From an uncultured Actinomycetes bacterium (lineage in GTDB: Bacteria; Actinomycetota; Actinomycetes; Streptosporangiales; Streptosporangiaceae): a DNA stretch of 64,000 nucleotides. The stretch's first letter is position 1, and every line of letters starts with the position of its first letter. The stretch is taken from contig CAVYPM010000008.1 of the NCBI GenBank assembly GCA_963770375.1, positions 93,999-157,998 on the forward strand. Direction: 5' to 3'. The translations under genes were made by a program, and so were the position numbers. The notes beneath the pieces were generated by a model that saw only the letters and a program-made list of their open reading frames with translations, searched no databases and was not told where the DNA came from. Below are positions 53,536 through 61,799 of this stretch, one piece after another.

Positions 53536-53705
53536 TGGATGCTCTTGCTCTCATCCTGACCCTTGCGGCCCTGGTGATGTTCGCGCTCGCGGCGAGCGGC
53601 CGGGAGCTCCGCCGGTTCAACGAGATCGCTCTTGGGCTGGTGTTCCTCACCGCCGCACTGATCTGCCAGTTCACCGGGATAACGAACACGCACATCGGCC
53701 GCTGA
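53536..53705 (+). CDS. Small two-TM membrane protein (56 aa), absent from the ORF track
   Basis: MDALALILTLAALVMFALAASGRELRRFNEIALGLVFLTAALICQFTGITNTHIGR*. GGAG RBS 6 nt upstream. Locally lower GC. Confidence 0.35.
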
Positions 53706-53738
53706 CGTCGCCCGGCGGCCGCGTGCCGCGGAACCTGG

Positions 53739-54368
53739 CTAACCGGCCTCGGGTGGCTGGGGCGCGGGCTCCCACGGTGGCCGGCCGGCCACCGGCGGCG
53801 GCGTGACGCTGAGCCCGCCCGGCGACGGCGCGTACGTCCCGGCCGGCCCGGCCGGCGGGGAATGGTGCCGCGCCACGTACCCCGGCCCCGGTCCGGCGGC
53901 ACCGCCCGGGCGGGCCGTGCCCGGGTCCAGCACCGATGTGGGCGGCGGGGCCGGCGGGAACGGCGGCCCGTACCCCGGGCTCGCCGCCTGGCCCGGAGCC
54001 ACGGGCGCCGCTGGCAGCGCCGACGGGAACATGGGCCCGGCCGGGACTGCGGGTGGCGGCGGGACCGCGGCGGCCGGCGGCATCGCGTGCCGCGCCCCCG
54101 GTGGCAGGTCCCGGGACAGCGGCATCCCGTGGGCCTGCGTCGCGCCCCGGGCCGGCAGCCCGTTCTGGGCCGGCAGCCCACCCTGAGGCGGGGAGCCGCT
54201 CCGGAACGGAGGCGCGGTCCGCGTCTGGCGGGGCCGCGCGGTGGCGGGCCGGGCGGCCTTGGGCCGGGCCGGCGTGCGCTCGCGTTCTGCCCCCGGTGGC
54301 GCCTGGGAGACCGCGACCAGGATCACCACGAGCAGCGCGGCCAGGAATATCACGAACCACATCACCAT
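53739..54368 (-). CDS. Single-pass membrane protein with long Pro-rich extracytoplasmic tail
   Basis: MVMWFVIFLAALLVVILVAVS TM helix, then a Pro/Ala/Gly-rich sequence with few Arg residues (unlike spurious GC frames). Confidence 0.35.
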   Translation of the reverse strand: MVMWFVIFLAALLVVILVAVSQAPPGAERERTPARPKAARPATARPRQTRTAPPFRSGSPPQGGLPAQNGLPARGATQAHGMPLSRDLPPGARHAMPPAAAVPPPPAVPAGPMFPSALPAAPVAPGQAASPGYGPPFPPAPPPTSVLDPGTARPGGAAGPGPGYVARHHSPPAGPAGTYAPSPGGLSVTPPPVAGRPPWEPAPQPPEAG

Positions 54369-54647
54369 CGATGTGCTCACGGCGTCACCCAGGGCCTTCT
54401 GTGACACTTCTGCTTCAGATGAGATCAGCAATGATGGCCGCATCCGCGCAGCTAGGTAAGTGATATCACCCAGATTGCCGGGCTGTTTCCTAGTTCAGGC
54501 ATCGGTTAGGCATCAGACAGCCACATCGCGGGCCCGGAAACCGGCCGGACGGCGGCTTCGGGCCGGAACCTGCGGCGCCCAGCGGAAGAATCTCAGGCCG
54601 GCGAGCAGCCCGGCAGACCGCCCAGCCGCGGCCAGCACCACCAGGTC

Positions 54648-55415
54648 GTGGCCGGGGACCGCGAGCTCGGCCGCCCGGCCGGGCTGCGGATCACCGCCGC
54701 CGGGACGCCCGCGTCGCATTCCAGGTCGGTCTGGCTGGACGGTGGCCCGGCCGGGGCCACGGTCACCGTCCCCGCGGCCCGGGGCCTGGCTACCTGCGCT
54801 ACCTGCTCCAGTGCCCGGGCACCGACGTGCCCGCGGCGGACCTGGCCGCGGCGGCACCGCCGTCCCGGCGCCGGGCGGCCGGCCGGGCGGGCCAGGGAAC
54901 ACGGCCTGGCGGTGGCCAGGTCCAGCCCGGGTGAGCTGGCCGACGCCCAGGCGCTGGCGGCCTACCGGGCGCGGCTGTCCGAGCTGGACGCCGAGCTGGC
55001 CGAGGCCGAGTCCTGGGCCGACGAGGGGCGGCTGACCCGGCTGCGGCTGGAGCGCGGCGCCCTGCTCGACGAGGTCGCCGCGGCGACCGGGCTCGGCGGC
55101 CGGCCCCGCCGGTTCAGCTCGGACGGCGAACGGGCCCGGGTCTCGGTCCGCAAGGCGATCGCCACGGCGCTGCACCGGATCGAGGCGGCTGACCCGGCGC
55201 TGGCCCGGCTGCTGCACGGCACCGTGCGCACCGGCGCGGTCTGCCGTTACGACCCCGATCCTAGGCCGCCCGGTCAGCTGGCTGCTCAGCCCCGCAGCCG
55301 GGGACGGCGGCGAAGCCGGATCCGCAACGGGGTAGGCGATCCCGGCGGGAAGCCAAGGACACGCTGCTGGCCGCCCGGCGCCAGCGGGAACCCGGCCGCG
55401 CGCGACGGCTCGTAG
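54648..55415 (+). CDS. Hypothetical protein, frame ambiguous (possibly disrupted regulator-like gene)
   Basis: Only the segment ELADAQALAAYRARLSELDAELAEAESWADEGRLTRLRLERGALLDEV...ERARVSVRKAIATALHRI looks protein-like; upstream sequence reads better in another frame (GYLRYLLQCPGTDVPAADLAAA). Confidence 0.2.
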   Translation: MAGDRELGRPAGLRITAAGTPASHSRSVWLDGGPAGATVTVPAARGLATCATCSSARAPTCPRRTWPRRHRRPGAGRPAGRAREHGLAVARSSPGELADAQALAAYRARLSELDAELAEAESWADEGRLTRLRLERGALLDEVAAATGLGGRPRRFSSDGERARVSVRKAIATALHRIEAADPALARLLHGTVRTGAVCRYDPDPRPPGQLAAQPRSRGRRRSRIRNGVGDPGGKPRTRCWPPGASGNPAARDGS

Positions 55416-55633
55416 TCGATCCAGGCCCGGGCCGCTGGCCCCCAGATCCCCAGGGTCTGGCGGTGCATTTCCTGTTCCCTGAACATGGCCACCTCCTGGT
55501 GGCAGCGGCCGCACTAGGCCGGGAGCCGGCCCCTGGAACGGACCGCCGTTCCCGATCCAAGCCTGGCACCGCGCAGTCCCGAGGACAATGGCCAGCCAGC
55601 CATTTCGGCCGGCGGAGCCGGCAGTAAGCTCGC

Positions 55634-55730
55634 GGAGGGCCGCGGCGCTGTTTTCCTGACGAGCGATGAGGCGCGACGAAGGAGCGCCGAGGGAGCGAGG
55701 AGGGAAGGCAGCGCCTCTCAAGCGGCCCGC
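55634..55730 (+). repeat. Copy B of the ~95-nt purine-rich element, ~95 nt upstream of a four-gene hypothetical operon
   Basis: ~93% identical to 5331-5425 in the same orientation. Followed by the hairpin ggacgca-N13-tgcgtcc and an AT-rich leader before ATG 55825. Confidence 0.6.
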
Positions 55731-55824
55731 AGCGAGCGGCTAGCACAGAAGCGGTGGCGGGCCGGCGGGACGCACGGAATACTCGCTTGCGTCCGTTATC
55801 GGCCGATCTAGGGATTTCAGGAAA

Positions 55825-56142
55825 ATGGCTCCTGATCTTGAGGTCAACCTCAGCCTCCTGGAGAGCACCGCCGGGTCGCTGAGCATGCTGATTGAGGAGT
55901 TCACGAACGCCTCGGACATCGAGTCGTCCTATGAGGCCGCGGTTGGCGAAAAGAACCTGGTGAGCGCGCTGCATTCGTTCACGAGCAACTGGAAAGCGCA
56001 CCGCGAGGACATGATCAAATCAATGCAGGACGTGTACAAGATGGCCACTCAGAGCCATCAGGCCTACCTGGACACCGACGACAAGCTGGCCCAGGACATC
56101 AGGGCGGACACGTCGGCGGCGGCGCCGGGCGGCCCCCGGTGA
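55825..56142 (+). CDS. Small all-helical hypothetical protein (105 aa), first gene of the operon
   Basis: MAPDLEVNLSLLESTAGSLSMLIEEFTNASDIESSYEAAVGEKNLVSALHSFTSNWKAHREDMIKSMQDVYKMATQSHQAYLDTDDKLAQDIRA. Lower GC; good RBS context. Helical-hairpin size class similar to WXG100-like proteins but without a WxG motif. Confidence 0.5.
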   Translation: MAPDLEVNLSLLESTAGSLSMLIEEFTNASDIESSYEAAVGEKNLVSALHSFTSNWKAHREDMIKSMQDVYKMATQSHQAYLDTDDKLAQDIRADTSAAAPGGPR

Positions 56143-56625
56143 CCCCGCGGCCGCCGGACTTCGAGCCACTGGCCGGGTCCGACCCGGTGCCCGGCGACCC
56201 GGACCGGGTCGCTGCGCGACGCCAAGGCGGCGGGCGGGCTTGACGTGCTGATCAGCGTCGCGGAGAGCCACGGCGTGCCGATCGCGGCCTCCTGCCTGAT
56301 CACCTACCTGGACCAGGACGGGACGAAGGTGCCACTGGACGGCCTGCTCATGGACCTGGCCGCCCGCGGCGGGCAGGTCACCGGGACCGAGATCGCAGGC
56401 GCCCCGGCCATCAGGCGTCAGTACGAGGTCCTTCCGCCGGAAGGCAGCCTCCCCGGCGGCCAAGAGCCGGTCTCGACCAGGGTGACCATGGTCGACTTCT
56501 TCCTGCCGCTGCCGGGCCAGCCGGGATTGCTCGTGCTGTCGTTCTCCACCCCGGTGGAGCCGCTGGCCGAGGCGCTGGTCATGCTGTTCGACGCGATCGC
56601 GGAGTCGCTGCGGTGGACCCGGTGA
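56139..56625 (+). CDS. Hypothetical protein; GTG start overlapping the upstream stop (GTGA), with an apparent +1 frameshift near 56215-56230
   Basis: VTPRPPDFEPLAGSDPVPGDPDRVAA... (frame 56139) joins ...DAKAAGGLDVLISVAESHGVPIAASCLITYLDQDG... (ORF 56245-56625) if one nucleotide is removed from the gcgcgacgcc run. Confidence 0.4.
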
Positions 56626-57227
56626 CCGCGTTCGCGCTGCCCCCCGTGGTGGTGGACTACGACGCCCACTGGGTGGAGGTGGACCTGCGCGGCGACGCCG
56701 GCCAGTGGGCCCAGCGGGCCGCCGCCGAGGTGCTGGCCCGGTCCGGCGAGCCGGCCCGCGGGGCGGACGCCCGGCAGCTGGCCAAGCTGTTCGCGGCCGC
56801 GGGCGCGATCGCCCGGCGGGCCCAGGACGCCACGATCTCGCTGCTGCTCTACCCGGGCCCGGAGTTCGGCGTCCGGGCGATCGCCCGGTTCTGCCCGGTC
56901 GACCTGTCCGGGCAAGACGGCGACGACGCCTGGGCCGGCCTGGAGAGCATCGCCGTGGTGGACCTGCCCGGCCAGGAGCCGCCGGAGATCACCGAGCTGG
57001 ATTCCGCGGCCGGTCCCTGCCGCCGGGTCCGCCAGCTGGTCGCCGACGGCGATCAGCCCGAACGGCCCGTGTCCGAGCACCTGGCCTACCTGTGGCTGTT
57101 CCCCGACTACGGCGCGGGCGTGATCCTGGCCACCGCGTTCAGCGACCTGGTCCAGGCCGGCCGCTGGCGCCCGGTCCTCGACGACCTGGCCACCACCGGG
57201 GTGACCCTCCGCCAGCCCGGCGAGTAA
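56613..57227 (+). CDS. Hypothetical protein (204 aa); overlaps the previous gene by 13 nt
   Basis: No recognisable family. Acidic, not Arg-rich. Overlap suggests translational coupling. Confidence 0.45.
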   Translation: MDPVTAFALPPVVVDYDAHWVEVDLRGDAGQWAQRAAAEVLARSGEPARGADARQLAKLFAAAGAIARRAQDATISLLLYPGPEFGVRAIARFCPVDLSGQDGDDAWAGLESIAVVDLPGQEPPEITELDSAAGPCRRVRQLVADGDQPERPVSEHLAYLWLFPDYGAGVILATAFSDLVQAGRWRPVLDDLATTGVTLRQPGE

Positions 57228-57316
57228 CCGGGCCGACACGGACCGCTGACCCAGCCGTTCTTTTCCGGCTCAAACTGAGAGGCCGCCGGGCCGTCCGGAC
57301 CGGTAGAACAGGGACC

Positions 57317-57985
57317 ATGGCCGACACGAACGCGGGAACCGCAGCGCAGGACGGCACGGGCCAGGAAGGCACACTGCCGACGGTGGCCATCGAGGGCCCG
57401 GCGGCGCGGGCGCTGGCCGAGAGCGCCGCGGTCATCGGCGACCTGCAGTTCGTGATGGAGTGCTGCAAGCGGCTGCTGACCGAGCTGGCCGCGCCCGAGG
57501 AGGAGCGGGACCCGCTGGTCCCGCAGGCGCTGTGGTCGGCCGCGCTGAACGGGTACGCGCGCTGCTTCGGCAAGGGCAGCCGGCCCGGGCTGACCCTGGA
57601 CGACGTGCGCGCGCTGCCGCTGGAGGGCGAGGTGGTCAAGTACCACCAGTGGCTGCTGGCCGAGCGCAGCCGCCAGGCCACGCGGGCCACCAGCCCGTTC
57701 GACGAGGTCAGGATCGGCGCCGTGCTGTCGCCCCGGCACTCGCCGGAGCGGAAGCTGCGCGGCATCGCGATCCTGCCGGTCAGCCACGTGCTGGTCGACG
57801 AGACCGGGGTACGCCAGCTCGGCGGGCTGGCCGCCGAACTGGCCAAGCAGGCCGCGGACCGGGCCCAGAAGCAGCAGGAAACGGTGCTGGCCGAGGCCAC
57901 CCGCCAGGACCTGGCCGCGCTGGACAAGCTGCCGCTGCTGCGCATGCTGACCCCCGCCGACGAGGCCGCCGCCCGCGACGCCTAG
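57317..57985 (+). CDS. Hypothetical protein (~222 aa)
   Basis: MADTNAGTAAQDG...VIGDLQFVMECCKRLLTELAAPEEERDPLVPQALWSAALNGYARCFGKG... No family recognised. The ORF's upstream 200 codons are Arg/Pro/Gly-rich and were rejected. Confidence 0.45.
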   Translation: MADTNAGTAAQDGTGQEGTLPTVAIEGPAARALAESAAVIGDLQFVMECCKRLLTELAAPEEERDPLVPQALWSAALNGYARCFGKGSRPGLTLDDVRALPLEGEVVKYHQWLLAERSRQATRATSPFDEVRIGAVLSPRHSPERKLRGIAILPVSHVLVDETGVRQLGGLAAELAKQAADRAQKQQETVLAEATRQDLAALDKLPLLRMLTPADEAAARDA

Positions 57986-58014
57986 CCGGGCGCCCAGGCC
58001 CTCGGGCCACCCCG

Positions 58015-58266
58015 TTACCGGTGCCGGCGGCTCCAGATGCGGCTGCCCACGACGATCAGCACCGCGATGAGCAGGCCAGCGGCAACGATCCCGGCCCGGA
58101 GGAGCATCACGTCATTGGCCGGCTGCGGGCACGGCAATGCCGGAGCGCCTCCCAGCCGGGAGCACGCCGCGAGCGGAGCGCGGACTGAGGCAGCGAAGAT
58201 AACCGAGCCAGTAACGCACACTGACCCCGCGGCGACCGCCAGCCACTGCCTCATGCTTCCGATCAT
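58015..58266 (-). CDS. Small membrane protein downstream of the ECF sigma gene
   Basis: 83 aa with N-terminal hydrophobic/signal segment and C-terminal TM helix (GIVAAGLLIAVLIVVGSRIW). Confidence 0.35.
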   Translation of the reverse strand: MIGSMRQWLAVAAGSVCVTGSVIFAASVRAPLAACSRLGGAPALPCPQPANDVMLLRAGIVAAGLLIAVLIVVGSRIWSRRHR

Positions 58267-58301
58267 CCGCTATCTCCTGCTGCTTGCTACGCCTCCCGGC
58301 G

Positions 58302-58904
58302 TCAGGTGATGCCGAGAAGGGCGGCGTCGCCGACGGCGGCGCGGACCTTCAGGCGGGCCTGGTGCAGCCTGCTCTTGAAGGCGGCCTCGCTGACCCCGGT
58401 GATCTCGGCGGCTTCCCGGGTGGACAGGCCCTCGATGTCGCGCAGCACGATCGCGGCCCGGTAGCCGGGCGGCAGGCTGGCCAGGGCCCGGGCCAGCGCG
58501 TCGCGCAGTTCCCGCTGCTCGGCCTGCGCGCCGGGCTCGTCACGCGCCGGGGCGGGGACGTCCAGCGCGGAGTTGCCGGGCTCACCGATCGGCACCGACG
58601 GCGGCCGCCGCGCGGCCCGCTGCCGTGACCTGGTGGCCTCGTTCATCGCGATCCGGTACAGCCAGGTGAAGAAGCTGGACCCGCCGCGGAACCCGCCGAT
58701 GCCCCGCCAGGCCCGCAGCAGCACCTCCTGGGCCAGGTCACCGGCCTCGTCACGGCTGCCGGTCATCCGCAGCAGCACCGCGAACAGCCGGTCCGCGTGG
58801 GCCATGACCAGGTCCGCGAACGCGTCCATGTCCCCGGCCTGGGCTCGCGCGATCAGCTCCGCCTCGGTCTCCGGCCCGGCTGGCGTCACCGGCTCTGGCG
58901 TCAC
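58302..58904 (-). CDS. ECF (group IV) RNA polymerase sigma factor
   Basis: Region 2 (FADLVMAHADRLFAVLLRMTGSRDEAGDLAQEVLLRAWRGIGGF...FFTWLYRIAMN) and region 4 (YRAAIVLRDIEGLSTREAAEITGVSEAAFKSRLHQAR). GTG start overlaps the stop of the upstream anti-sigma gene (GTGA). Confidence 0.8.
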   Translation of the reverse strand: MTPEPVTPAGPETEAELIARAQAGDMDAFADLVMAHADRLFAVLLRMTGSRDEAGDLAQEVLLRAWRGIGGFRGGSSFFTWLYRIAMNEATRSRQRAARRPPSVPIGEPGNSALDVPAPARDEPGAQAEQRELRDALARALASLPPGYRAAIVLRDIEGLSTREAAEITGVSEAAFKSRLHQARLKVRAAVGDAALLGIT

Positions 58905-59158
58905 CGGCTCTGGCGATCGGCCGCGGCGGCCCGGGCCCGGTCCAGGATCCCGCCCGGGGCCCTGACCTCCCGGCTGCCGTCCGCGGCCAGCACCCGGCGC
59001 AGCGCCCGCATGGCCCGCAGGCCGCGTTCGCAGTCCACGCAGCCCAGGGCGTGCCGGTCCAGCCGCCGCCGGGCCCGCGCGGGCAGGTCGCCCTCGGCGT
59101 AGTGGGACAGGTGCTGCTGTGACCACTGGTGGTCAGCGGAATGGCCTGGCACCCTCAT
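58901..59158 (-). CDS. ZAS-type (zinc-binding) anti-sigma factor
   Basis: 85 aa with an HxxxCxxC motif (DRHALGCVDCE) preceded by a His-rich segment; GGAGG RBS; translationally coupled to the sigma gene. Confidence 0.65.
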   Translation of the reverse strand: MRVPGHSADHQWSQQHLSHYAEGDLPARARRRLDRHALGCVDCERGLRAMRALRRVLAADGSREVRAPGGILDRARAAAADRQSR

Positions 59159-59175
59159 CGGCCTCCTGACGGGAA

Positions 59176-59199
59176 GGCCGGCGCGGGAAGCGCCGGCCC
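59176..59199. terminator. Perfect 9-bp GC hairpin downstream of msrB and just upstream of the anti-sigma RBS
   Basis: ggccggcgc gggaa gcgccggcc. Confidence 0.4.
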
Positions 59200-59255
59200 C
59201 GTGATTCAGAGTGAACTGTGATTCACAGTGAACTGTGATCCGTAGTGAATCAGTT
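59200..59255. promoter_or_regulatory. Array of three imperfect 17-bp direct repeats containing TTCAC-N-GTGAA inverted motifs, upstream of the anti-sigma/sigma operon
   Basis: gtgattcagagtgaactgtgattcacagtgaactgtgatccgtagtgaatcag. Confidence 0.4.
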
Positions 59256-59702
59256 CTCGTCGCCGCCGGCGGGGCTGGCCTCATCGAACGACAGCGCGCA
59301 GGAGTTGATGCAGTACCGCTGGCCGGTCGGCCGCGGCCCGTCGTCGAACACGTGGCCCAGGTGACCGCCGCAGGCCCGGCAGACCACCTCGGTCCGGCGC
59401 ATGAACAGGCTGTTGTCCGGCCGCAGCTCGACCGCGGCGGCCACGGCCGGCTCGGTGAAGCTCGGCCAGCCGGTGCCGGACTCGAACTTGGCGCCGGACC
59501 GGAAAAGCTCCGCCCCGCAGCCGGCGCAGCGGTACGAACCGTCCGCGTGGTTGTGCACGTACTCACCGGTGAACGGGCGCTCGGTGTGCGCCTGCCGGAG
59601 CACCCGGTACTGCTCGGGGGTCAGCTCCGCACGCCACTGCTCGTCGGTCTTCTGCACCTGGGCAGGGGTGACGGTGTGGGCGCGGGCCTTGGCGTTACGC
59701 AT
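59250..59702 (-). CDS. msrB: Peptide-methionine (R)-S-oxide reductase MsrB
   Basis: Two CxxC zinc ligand pairs (CAGCGAELF, CRACGGHLGHVF) and the catalytic RYCINS. Confidence 0.9.
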   Translation of the reverse strand: MRNAKARAHTVTPAQVQKTDEQWRAELTPEQYRVLRQAHTERPFTGEYVHNHADGSYRCAGCGAELFRSGAKFESGTGWPSFTEPAVAAAVELRPDNSLFMRRTEVVCRACGGHLGHVFDDGPRPTGQRYCINSCALSFDEASPAGGDEN

Positions 59703-59956
59703 GTGATGCGCTTCCCTTCTGGTTGCTTACATCATGTTGGACCCGCGCCGGCCGGAAACGATTGCCCCGCGCCCCCGATTCCGTAATAAGAAAAAATCCC
59801 GAACCCGGTCGGCGCGCTCCCCATGCGCCAGCCGGCGCAGCAACCCGGGCAGGTCCACCGTGGCGAACCGGACGCTGGAATCCGGGCACCCGTAGGGCAG
59901 CACGATCGTGTCGCCGTGTCCGGGCCAGCTCCATACCCGCCCATTAGGATGCCGGG

Positions 59957-60697
59957 GTGGAAAGTGACGGTCCGGCCGTAGCGGAACCGCGGATGGTGCC
60001 GGAGCCGCGGCTGCGCCGTGGCCCGGGCCGCAAGGTCGTCTACCCGCTGGCCAGGGCCGGGAACCTCGAATACGACCGGGTTCTGTTCTTCACCGACGCG
60101 GTGTTCGCGATCGCGATCACGCTGCTGGTGGTTGATCTGCGGGTGCCCGAGGCCGTGGAGCACGTGGTGGCGAAGCAGGAGCTGCACGACGCGATATCGT
60201 CGATCATCGGTTTTGCGATCAGCTTCGCCGTGATTGGCATTTTCTGGGTCGGCCACCATTCGCTCTTCCGTTACATCAAGGCGTTTGACCGGCGTCTTAT
60301 TCTGCTCAATCTGCTCTTCCTCGGCGTCATTGCGTTCCTGCCGTACCCGACGCAGCTGCTGAGCGTCACCTCGACCACGCAGACGGCCGCGGTGGTCTTC
60401 TACGCCGTCTGCGCCGGGGTCGCCGGGCTGGCCGAGGCCGCGGTGTGGGCGTACGGCACCTGGCCGCGTGCCGGGCTCGGCCCGCCGGTCAGCGCCGGCC
60501 TGCGGCGCTACCTGCTGCTGCGCACGCTGCGGCTGCCAGTGATCTTCGGGCTGTCCATCCCGGTCGCGTTTCCCGCGCCGACGGTGGCCACGTGGATGTG
60601 GGCGCTGATCGCGGTCGCCGGCATCGTCATCGACCGGACTGCGCCGTTCGCGCCGGCTGAGCCGGATCCCGACCCGGAGAGCGGGCCGGGGCTCTAG
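59957..60697 (+). CDS. DUF1211 / TMEM175-family membrane protein (putative K+ channel)
   Basis: RVLFFTDAVFAIAITLLVVDL...SFAVIGIFWVGHHSLF, the paired FSD-like helix-1 motifs of the TMEM175 family; six TM segments. Confidence 0.7.
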   Translation: MESDGPAVAEPRMVPEPRLRRGPGRKVVYPLARAGNLEYDRVLFFTDAVFAIAITLLVVDLRVPEAVEHVVAKQELHDAISSIIGFAISFAVIGIFWVGHHSLFRYIKAFDRRLILLNLLFLGVIAFLPYPTQLLSVTSTTQTAAVVFYAVCAGVAGLAEAAVWAYGTWPRAGLGPPVSAGLRRYLLLRTLRLPVIFGLSIPVAFPAPTVATWMWALIAVAGIVIDRTAPFAPAEPDPDPESGPGL

Positions 60698-60701
60698 GCG
60701 G

Positions 60702-61799
60702 TCAGCTGATCAGCTGCGGGGCGAGGAGCTCGGCGAGCTGGGCGGCGTTCAGGGCGGCGCCCTTGCGCAGGTTGTCCCCGCACACGAACATCTCGACCGT
60801 GAACGGGTCGTCCAGCATCTGCCGGACCCGGCCGACCCAGGTCGGGTCGGTGCCGACCACGTCGGCGGGCGTCGGGTACTCGTGCCGGGCCGGGTCGTCC
60901 ACCAGCACGACCTCGGCGGTGCGGGCGAGCACCTGCTGGGCCTGCTCCCTGGTGACCTCCTGGCCGAAGGTGGCGTGCACGGCCAGGCTGTGCCCGGTGA
61001 CCACCGGGACGCGGACGCAGGTGGCGGAGATCGGCACGTCGGGCAGGCTGAGGATCTTGCGGGTCTCCCGGCGGATCTTCAGCTCCTCCGAGTTCCAGCC
61101 GTCGTCCTTGAGGCTGCCGGCCCACGGGATCACGTTCAGCGCCAGCGGCGCGCTGAACGGCTCCGGGTCGCCGATGACCGCGCGCAGGTCGCCGGACCGC
61201 TGCCCGACGGTGCGGTTGCCGCCCAGCTTGGCCATCTGGTCGTAGAGGGCCTCGATGCCGGCCTGGCCGGAGCCGGACGCGGCCTGGTACGAGGCCACGA
61301 ACAGCCGCCGCAGCCCGAACTCGCGGTGCAGTGCGGCCAGCGGCACGATGAGCGACAGCGTGGTGCAGTTCGGCACCGAGATGATGCCCCTGGGCCGGTT
61401 GTTCGCGGCCTCGGGGTTGACTTCGGGCACGACCAGCGGGACGTCGGGGTCCATCCGGAACGCGCCGGACTTGTCGATCACCACCGCGCCGCGGGACGCG
61501 GCGACCGGGGCCCAGTCCACCGAGACCTCGTCGGGGACGTCCATCATCACGAGGTCGACACCGTCGAACACGTCCGGCGTGATGGCCTGGACCTCGACTT
61601 CCTCGCCCCTGACCCGCAGCCGCCGGCCGGCCGACCGGGCCGAGGCGATCAGCCGGATCTCACCCCAGATGTCGTCCCTGGTCGACAGGACGTCGAGCAT
61701 GACCGTGCCGACCGCGCCGGTGGCGCCGACGACGGCCAGGACCGGACGGCGGCCGCGGCCGCCGGCGGGCGCGGCGCCCGCGCCGGGCCCGGCGCTCAC
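60702..61799 (-). CDS. asd: Aspartate-semialdehyde dehydrogenase
   Basis: [11 protein letters not shown] (NADP site), catalytic SVPNCTT cysteine, C-terminal dimerisation domain; ATGA overlap with ask. Confidence 0.9.
   Translation of the reverse strand: MSAGPGAGAAPAGGRGRRPVLAVVGATGAVGTVMLDVLSTRDDIWGEIRLIASARSAGRRLRVRGEEVEVQAITPDVFDGVDLVMMDVPDEVSVDWAPVAASRGAVVIDKSGAFRMDPDVPLVVPEVNPEAANNRPRGIISVPNCTTLSLIVPLAALHREFGLRRLFVASYQAASGSGQAGIEALYDQMAKLGGNRTVGQRSGDLRAVIGDPEPFSAPLALNVIPWAGSLKDDGWNSEELKIRRETRKILSLPDVPISATCVRVPVVTGHSLAVHATFGQEVTREQAQQVLARTAEVVLVDDPARHEYPTPADVVGTDPTWVGRVRQMLDDPFTVEMFVCGDNLRKGAALNAAQLAELLAPQLIS

Noticed and set aside
53469-53693. 74-aa minus-strand ORF overlapping the small membrane-protein gene
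   Set aside because: Opposite-strand shadow of the more plausible + strand 56-aa hydrophobic ORF, which has an RBS; composition is non-protein-like.
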